Assembly: GCF_003918875.1 (NCBI RefSeq)
Contig: NW_025767214.1
Coordinates: forward strand, 620,001 to 684,000
Source: Haliotis rubra
Taxonomy: Eukaryota
Direction: 5' to 3'
Length of the DNA stretch: 64,000 nucleotides
The notes under the pieces are model-generated. The model was not told the DNA's origin. It saw nothing but the letters and a program-made list of their open reading frames with translations, and made no database searches. The translations under genes and the position numbers were made by a program. This document shows positions 36,701 through 45,700 of the stretch, piece by piece; the stretch's first letter is position 1, and each line of letters opens with the position of its first letter.

Positions 36701-39700
36701 TAGAGTTGATCTCAAGTAACCAACACGTTTGTTAGACTCGATGAAATGGGTTAATTGTTACAGATAAAATCCAGATAAGCTGTGCATTTGTGTGATCTGT
36801 AAAATATATTGGTGATACCAGCTGGTTTTGAACTTTTTGGAATCAGATATGAAATATGTTAAAAATCCCAATTATGTATCAACACTGGAATTCAACTACC
36901 ATAAGGCCTAAAGAAATGTTGTGGTTCTGATTACCCGACCGACCCTTGAATCCTGGTGCCGACCCTATTTTTCTTTAAGCGGTATGAATAAAATAAGCAT
37001 TCAGATACTATTGTTTTTTTCCTGGCACTGACAGACATCGGTCATTCTGTTAGAGAAAGTCGACATGATGGCCACAAGGTTGATTAAATAAACAATTACA
37101 CATTGATAAATAAGTGTAAGTGTAAAAATACCATATAGGCTTACCAAAGGGCCAAAAATTAAATTGAATTCCTAAAGAAAAAATAACAAATGTGAATTGT
37201 AGCTTGTAACTACTCAGTTTACACATGGCTCAAAAGGTATCTGGAGCCATGTTGATATGTGATTATTTGAACATTTACAGGGTATCACTATGTAAAATAA
37301 ATTGCTTGCATCCATTTCCAGCCCTCCAGTAAATCCCCCTAAGGAAATTGAAGATCCCAATGACAAGAAGCCAGCTGACTGGGATGAGCGTGAGAAGTAA
37401 GTTAAATCTGTCAGGCACTTGCTCACATCATGTCACACCCTTTTGTATTATGTGAGGGGCACTTGGTCACATCATGTTACATCCTTCTGTGCTGAGTGAG
37501 GGGTACTTGGTCACATCATGTTACATCCTTCTGTGCTGAGTGAGGGGTACTTGGTCACATCATGTTACACCCTTCTGTGCTGAGTGAGGGGCACTTGGTC
37601 ACATCATGTTACATCCTGTGTTGAGTGAGGGGCACTTGGTCACATCATGTTACATCCTTCTGTGCTGAGTGAGGGGTACTTGGTCACATCATGTTACATC
37701 CTTCTGTGCTGAGTGAGGGGCACTTGGTCACATCATGTCACACCCTTTTGTATTATGTGAGTGGCACTTGGTCACATCATGTTACATCCTTCTGTGCTGA
37801 GTGAGGGGCACTTGGTCACATCATGTTACATCCTTCTGTGTTGAGTGAGGGGCACTTGGTCACATCATGTTACATCCTTCTGTGCTGAGTGAGGGGCACT
37901 TGGTCACATCATGTCACACCCTTCTGTGTTGAGTGAGGGGTTCTTGGTCACATCATGTCACACCCTTCTGTGTTGAGTGAGGGGCACTTGGTCACATCAT
38001 GTTACATCCTTCTGTGCTGAGTGAGGGGCACTTGGTCACATCATGTTACATCCTTCTGTGCTGAGTGAGGGGTACTTGGTCACATCATGTCACACCCTTC
38101 TGTGTTGAGTGAGGGGTTCTTGGTCACATCATGTCACACCCTTCTGTGTTGAGTGAGGGGCACTTGGTCACATCATGTTACATCCTTCTGTGCTGAGTGA
38201 GGGGCACTTGGTCACATCATGTTACATCCTTCTGTGCTGAGTGAGGGGCACTTGGTCACATCATGTCACATCTTTCTGTGCTGAGTGAGGGGTACTTGGT
38301 CACATCATGTCACACCCTTCTGTGTTGAGTGAGGGGCACTTGGTCACATCATGTTACATCCTTCTGTGCTGAGTGAGGGGCCCTTGGTCACATCATGTCT
38401 CATCCTTCTTTGCTAAGTGAGGGGAGACTGGGTCACATCATGTCATATCCTATCCTGCCTCCGTGGTGTAGTGGTTAGAGCGACCGCCCAGAGAGCAGAA
38501 GGTCGCGGGTTCGATCATGCCAAAAGACGTTAAAATATGGTACTTGTTGGTCCCTGCCTGGCGCTCGGCATTAATGGGTACGACAAGGACTGGTCGGCTC
38601 GGAGTCAGTATAATGTGTCTGAGTGGGGTATTCATGCTTCACTGCGGCATGGTATCTCAGTGGGCTAGCACTATAAAACCAGCTTAAGTCTGGGCTAGTA
38701 CAAGCAGACCCACATACACACGCATGCACATCGTCATATGAGGGAAATATTCTCAAGCACGACGTTAAACCCAATTTCACCTCACTTCACCTCATATCCT
38801 GTGCAGAGTGAGGGGCACTTGGTCACCACATGTCATATCCTGTGCAGAGTGAGGGGGACTGGGTCACATCATGTCATATCCTGTGCTGAGTGAGGGGGAC
38901 TGGGTCACATCATGTCATATCCTGTGCTGAGTGAGGGGGACTGGGTCACATCATGTCAGATCCTTCTGTGCTGAGTGAGGGGTACTTGGTCACATCATGT
39001 CAGATCCTTCTGTCAGATCCTTCTGTGCTGAGTGAGGGGGACTGGGTCACATCATGTCAGATCCTTCTGTGCTGAGTGAGGGGGACTGGGTCACATCATG
39101 TCAGATCCTTCTGTGCTGAGTGAGGGGGACTGGGTCACATCATGTCAGATCCTTCTGTGCTGAGTGAGGGGGACTGGGTCACATCATGTCAGATCCTTCT
39201 GTGCTGAGTGAGGGGGACTGGGTCACATGTCATATCCTGTGCAGAGTGAGGGGGACTGGGTCACATGTCATATCCTGTGCTGAGTGAGGGGGACTGGGTC
39301 ACATCATGTCATATCCTGTGCTGAGTGAGGGGGACTGGGTCACATCATGTCAGATCCTTCTGTGCTGAGTGAGGGGGCTGGGTCACATCATGTCAGATCC
39401 TTCTGTGCTGAGTGAGGGGGACTGGGTCACATCATGTCAGATCCTTCTGTGCTGAGTGAGGGGGCTGGGTCACATGTCATATCCTGCCCAGAGTGAGGGG
39501 ACTGGGTCACATGTCATATCCTGTGCTGAGTGAGGGGACTGGGTCACATGTCATATCCTGTGCAGAGTGAGGGGACTGGGTCACATCATGTCATATCCTG
39601 TGCAGAGTGAGGGGACTGGGTCACATCATGTCATATCCTGTGCAGAGTGAGGGGACTGGGTCACATCATGTCATATCCTGTGCTGAGTGAGGGGGACTGG

Positions 39701-42700
39701 GTCACATGTCATATCCTGTGCTGAGTGAGGGGGACTTGGTCACATCATGTCATATCCTGTGCAGAGTGAGGGGGACTGGGTCACATGTCATATCCTGTGC
39801 TGAGTGAGGGGACTGGGTCACATGTCATATCCTGTGCAGAGTGAGGGGGACTGGGTCACATGTCATATCCTGTGCTGAGTGAGGGGACTGGGTCACATCA
39901 TGTCATATCCTGTGCAGAGTGAGGGGACTGGGTCACATCATGTCATATCCTGTGCAGAGTGAGGGGACTGGGTCACATCATGTCATATCCTGTGCAGAGT
40001 GAGGGGGACTGGGTCACATGTCATATCCTGTGCAGAGTGAGGGGACTTGGTCACATCATGTCATATCCTGTGCAGAGTGAGGGGGACTGGGTCAGATCAT
40101 GTCAGATCCTTCTGTGCTGAGTGAGGGGGACTGGGTCACATGTCATATCCTGTGCAGAGAGGGGGACTGGGTCACATGTCATATCCTGTGCTGAGTGAGG
40201 GGACTGGGTCACATCATGTCATATCCTGCGGTGCATGGTGAGTGAGGGGTAGCCTAGTGGTCTTGTCTCATGCCGAAGACCCAGGTTCGAATCCTCACAT
40301 GGGTACAATGTGTGAAGCCCATTTCTGGTGTCCATCGCCATGATGTTGCTGGAATATTGCTAAAAGCGGCATAAAACCAAACTCAGTCAGTCCTGATGGT
40401 GTGGGCCATTGGACTCTGAGATCCACTATTGATTATTTACAGGCCACTGTCATTTAAATATTTGTAAAGTATTTCTGAGTGCAGCATTAAACAAAGAGTT
40501 AAACAATTACATGCTTATTACATGTATGTGGGTGTATTGTGTTCATTCCGTTATATCTCTGATGTTTTCAGAGGTAACTACAGCTATGTACAAACTTTGA
40601 AATATTTTGTATTTTTTCAGAATTCCTGACCCTGATGCCTCCAAGCCCGATGATTGGTAGGTGCCCGGGGTTTCTGTCAACCAGATTTAAGTTGTGATCC
40701 CTCCATAGAGTTACTTCTGTATTTAAACAGTGACTGATGGACAGACCATGAGACGAGCAGGCAGACATTTTATGAGCTTTTCACATAATATATATACTTT
40801 TATGTAGAGTAAATGTCATGCATAATGTTATTATATATTAGCAATTCCTTATGGAATACTGAGAGACACTTGTTATTTAACTTGCTATTAAAAATATAAA
40901 CAGCAGTGTCGTGTGAACTGGACATATTTAGCAATGTAACTCGTTCTTATGGCATTATAAAATGTAGTAGACGTTTGCATGTGTCCACTGGACATTAACC
41001 ATATCAATTCTGAAAGAGATTAACTTTATGGACAGTGAATGTTGAAAAAAGTTTAAAGGTAAATTGACAAATCTCACAAAAAAGTAAAACATATATGTCA
41101 CCTTCCACAGCACTGATATCTCACCAGTGACAACACCTGGTTTTGTAATCAAATAAGGGTAACACTGCATTGAAATTATGCCAAGGCTCTTCATAATCTC
41201 CAAGACATTAGAACTGTTATGGACAAGTGAAGATCCGGGGTAGAATAGGTCTTCAGCAACCCATGTGCTTGCCATAAAAGGCGACTATGCTTGTCGTAAG
41301 AGGCGATTTAACGGGATTGGGTGGTCAGCTGACTTGGGCACATGTCATTGCAGATTGATGCTCATGCTGTTGATCACTGGATTGTCTGGTCCAGACTCGA
41401 TTATTTACAGACCGCCGCCATATAGCTGGGATATTGCTGAGTGTGGCGTAAAACTAATCTCACTCACTCACTCACTTCTTAGAACTGTTATGTAGTTTTT
41501 TTGCACTGTAGCTAGAGATGGCACTTTTTGTTTCCATGCCTGGTACTCGATGTGAAGGGGGTAAAACATAGTGTAGTAGTGAGTGTAATGTATCATTTGT
41601 AGACTGAACTACAGTCTCTTACAAGCAGCCATATTTACTAGCAGTCAAACATGCTGGCATGAACTCACTTTACAACTGAAATAATCTTCAATATGACATG
41701 AAACACCATTCCACTTCAGGTCACCTTTGAAAATATAACGGTAATGATTAGCTTAGCTTTGGACCGTTTTATTCTGTGGGACTAATGTACTATCCAAAAT
41801 AAGAAACATAACGAAATATGTGAACACTGACATCTGCTACATAACCAAATACTGATATAACCAAATAATGTAATTTTTGCTGCGAATTGTCAACTGACAA
41901 TACTATCTGTGAGATGTGTTATTTATGAATGTGTATGTTACTAGGGATGAGTCTGAGCCCGAGATGATCCGTGATCCGGATGGAGTGAAGCCTGATGGCT
42001 GGCTGGATGATGAACCCCTGTTGGTGCCCGACCCAGCTGCAGACAAACCTGAGGACTGGTGAGTAGGGGTCTTTGTTGTTTGTTGGCTGCTATAGTGCTT
42101 CTGTTGACTCTAATGTTTCACTGTGCAAAAGGATCGGTGGGGTATCTAAGTGGTTAAAGCGTTTGCTCGTCACGCCGAAGACACGAGTTCGATTCCCCAC
42201 ATGGGTACTCTGTGTGAAGCCTATTTCTGGTGTCTCTTTCCCCCTTTTTCTTGATATTTAATTATAATTGTCATAGAGCAGTCTTGGCAATATGATTTCT
42301 GTAAAGTCCAGTTATTTATATAAATGTATAATAGTAATTGAGCTAAGAATTGTCCTTAACATTCATAAACTGATAACATTAATATGGTTTGAGAATCTTC
42401 AACAATTGTGTTCCAGGGATGACGATATGGATGGAGAGTGGGAGGCACCTCTTGTTGGTAAGTGAAGTTCGGGAATAGAATCAAAATTCTTGGATGATGA
42501 AGTGTTTGAAAGATATGTCCTGTTTTAAAATCAACAAAAGTTGCATAGCTCTTTGTCATGTGTGTTCTCTTATTACATTCACCCCATGTGTGCTGAGCAT
42601 AACTTTCTGTCATAGTAATTGTATACATTAGTGTGTGAGTTTACTGGCCAATACATAGTTTTACTCCCCTCAGGCTTCTAACTAGTGGCTTAAGTTGAAG

Positions 42701-45700
42701 ACGATGTATTGAAATCCTCTGTATGTTCATGGGGCACAGGTGTCACAGACGTCCCAGTTTGCTGTAAAGAGTTATCTCCCTTGTGCATGCAATACACCCA
42801 ATTCTGGTTCAGTCAATTATGTTTGTAGGTATGTTGGAATCATTCCTGTGTTGTTCAAGCCTACCCTCCAAGCTTCACACACTGTCATAGTAAGTGACTA
42901 GGGCAGTGTGAAATGTGTAATCAAAACTCACTCACTCCCTCTATATGTTTTCCAGATAACACCAAGTGTAAGGAAGCCCCAGGGTGTGGAGACTGGCAGC
43001 CCGAAAACATCAAAAACCCCAACTACAAAGGGAAATGGTCTGCTCCAATGATAGACAACCCCAACTACAAGGTGAACTTGCTCATGGAGTTACATAGTTG
43101 GCGCTTATACACTGAAAACTATGGTCTTACAATGAATTCATCTCAAATTATCTGCTTATTGTTTTCCTAGCTAAATAGAAACTAAAAAAGAGCATGCGTG
43201 CTTCATATTCCCAGCCTCATGACACCTCATTAAAAATCCTAAATGTAAGCATGCAGCTTGTGTACGTCTTATGGTTGAAATTGTCTAGGATTCCATACCC
43301 ATCTCAGAGCCCTCATATAGATGCAGCATGAGAGATAGTTTAATAAATTTATGGACATCTTTAGGACGTTTTAGAGGAATGTCCTAGGATATATATTCCA
43401 AATAGAAACCCTGAGTAATGGTAGTTTATTAGCATTTCAGTTGTGATATTTGTGGCATCAACAAAATATATCAGTGGAGTTCCCAGGCTGGAAAGTTTAT
43501 TGTTGATAAATAGCTTTTAACATGATTATACAATGTCCTCCATTGCCACCAGCTGGCCGTGTCCACGAATTTGGCTCTCATGTTGTCATAAGATAGCTGC
43601 TAGCTAAAGAGGCATTAATTCACTTGCATAATCCTGTGATTAAGTCAAAAGCATGTGTGTTTTTCTCTTCAGGGCATCTGGAAACCACAAGTCATTCCTA
43701 ACCCAAACTACTTCGAAGACGTGCAGCCATTTAAAATGACCCCCATTGTAAGTACCTAGTGCTACATCATAGCAAGGTTCCTGAGTAACATTTGTTAGAG
43801 CCAACAGTACTAGCATACACCTTGTCATTGCAACTGTAGCACACTTGAGTAAACTGGCATCTATCAGCTGATATTTTACTGCACTGAACACATATGTCAA
43901 ATGTCACAAGTCTGCAGGTTATTACAACTGCTATACTAACGGACTTGACCGTGTTGGCGGTACACCTGAACGTTATACATTATAATAAAGAAGTTGTATG
44001 GCCATTATACTTTCCCTGTTGTTCATGACACCAGCTTCTCTTTGCCACTCAAAGAAGTTAGTTGGAACTTATAATTGTGGCTATAGGTACAGTCACAGAG
44101 TAGAAGTGGGGTGTATTTATTTGTTAACTAGAGAGTATTTCAGCCCTCAAATGGTCATGGTCTTAGTAACATTTTACAGCCAATTCTTATTACTGTTGTA
44201 ATAATCTGTCATGTCTTTTATGACTTAACTCCACCTGTTTGTTTTAGAATGCTGTCGGTCTGGAGTTGTGGTCAATGAGTGATGGAATCGTGTTTGACAA
44301 CTTCCTCATCACAGATGACCGAGTTGTGGCAGAGGAGTATGCAGAACAAACATGGGTTTTGAAAAATATCGAAGAGAGGGCATCCTCTTCTGCTGGGGTA
44401 AGGACGCAATTTCTTTACAACAGTTGGGCAAATCTGTCATTTGTACATAAAATACCCAAATCTTTTGTCCATTAAGTTGTTACATTGTTTACTAGTTCAT
44501 AACTATTCATTCTTATAATGAGAAGCCTAACTGGAAAAACTATTTATATAATGTTTCAACAGACTGTGACAACATCTTCCCATTTGTTCCTAAAACATGA
44601 TAGACTTTACAAACTGTGATAAAGACTGACAATTTAGTTGGTAATTAGAGCGGATATTGTTGACAGATTTTCCCAACTCTTCCATTGACATTATGAATTA
44701 CTATTTCTGATTCTGTCTCCTTAACTTTCACAGTCATGTGAAGATTAAAATTTGCATGAAAGCTTATAAGTAGTATTATCGAACAAAATTGTAATTGTTA
44801 TTACTGGCCTGTAATTTCAAAATTTTAAATTATATCATATCCCCCATATTGTGAAAAAACCCATCTTCCTCTACTTTCAGCGTTCCGTAGTAGATGCAAT
44901 AAAACAGGCCACTAATGAACGTCCGTGGCTATGGGCAGTGTTTATAGTGGTAGTTATCTTGCCCATAGTCCTTATTGTAGCCTATTGCTGTATATCAAAG
45001 GTAAGACATGTGTTGCCACTTTTAGACTGTCTGCATGGCTAGAGGCTTCCCTCACTCCAGCTCAGGTTACTGCTGCACAAAGGCTTGACGTTAGGGATCT
45101 GTTGTACACTTTCATGATCTGTATGTACCTGTGTTCAGATACAGGCAGTCCTGACATGAACAAAGGTGAATGAACAAATTCTATCAACTTGAGTGACAAG
45201 CTATCACTGTCATATCTGAAGTATTGGTTATGACAGTCGTAGCTTGTTCAGCTTGTGAAACATGACAATGTTTCTACTTTCAACTTGAGCGTTTGTTCTC
45301 ATTTTCGAATCAGTTGACTTAGATTTGATGATCGTGTAGATCAGCTGAGTATCAGCTGTTCGAGCCTCTAGAGCAGCACTGACCTTGGCACAATATTTGC
45401 ATGCTGTAAGATACCCAGTTGACAATCATGTCCACGTTACACAGGGATTTTGGACCACACTGAAGTCTGCGGCAGATGACCGCCCGTGGCTGTGGGCCGT
45501 GTATGTGGTGGTCCTCCTGATGCCTATCGTCCTGCTGTCTATATGCTTGTGCCCTAAATCAGGGCCTGTCAAGGTAACAGGCTTCTCCTTGTCGTAGATC
45601 ACACAGAAGAGGACAGATTGTTCCAGGGTCCCTGTAATGTTGTTAATTGACAGTGTGGCTTTGAGCAGCTACCAGGGCAGAAGTACAACATGGGAATATG

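Noticed and set aside
42494-42597. Intronic C/D-box snoRNA (ATGATGA...CTGA)
   Set aside because: No terminal stem or recognisable rRNA antisense element.
45241-45255. 15-nt identity (AGCTTGTTCAGCTTG) between the calnexin intron hairpin and the MITE TIR at 19243
   Set aside because: A few chance 15-mer matches are expected in 64 kb, and there is no second TIR or TA TSD.
44881-45573. The duplicated TM exon as an assembly or haplotype artefact
   Set aside because: The exons are highly diverged in nucleotide sequence and length and have unrelated flanking introns, which does not fit a mis-assembled allele.
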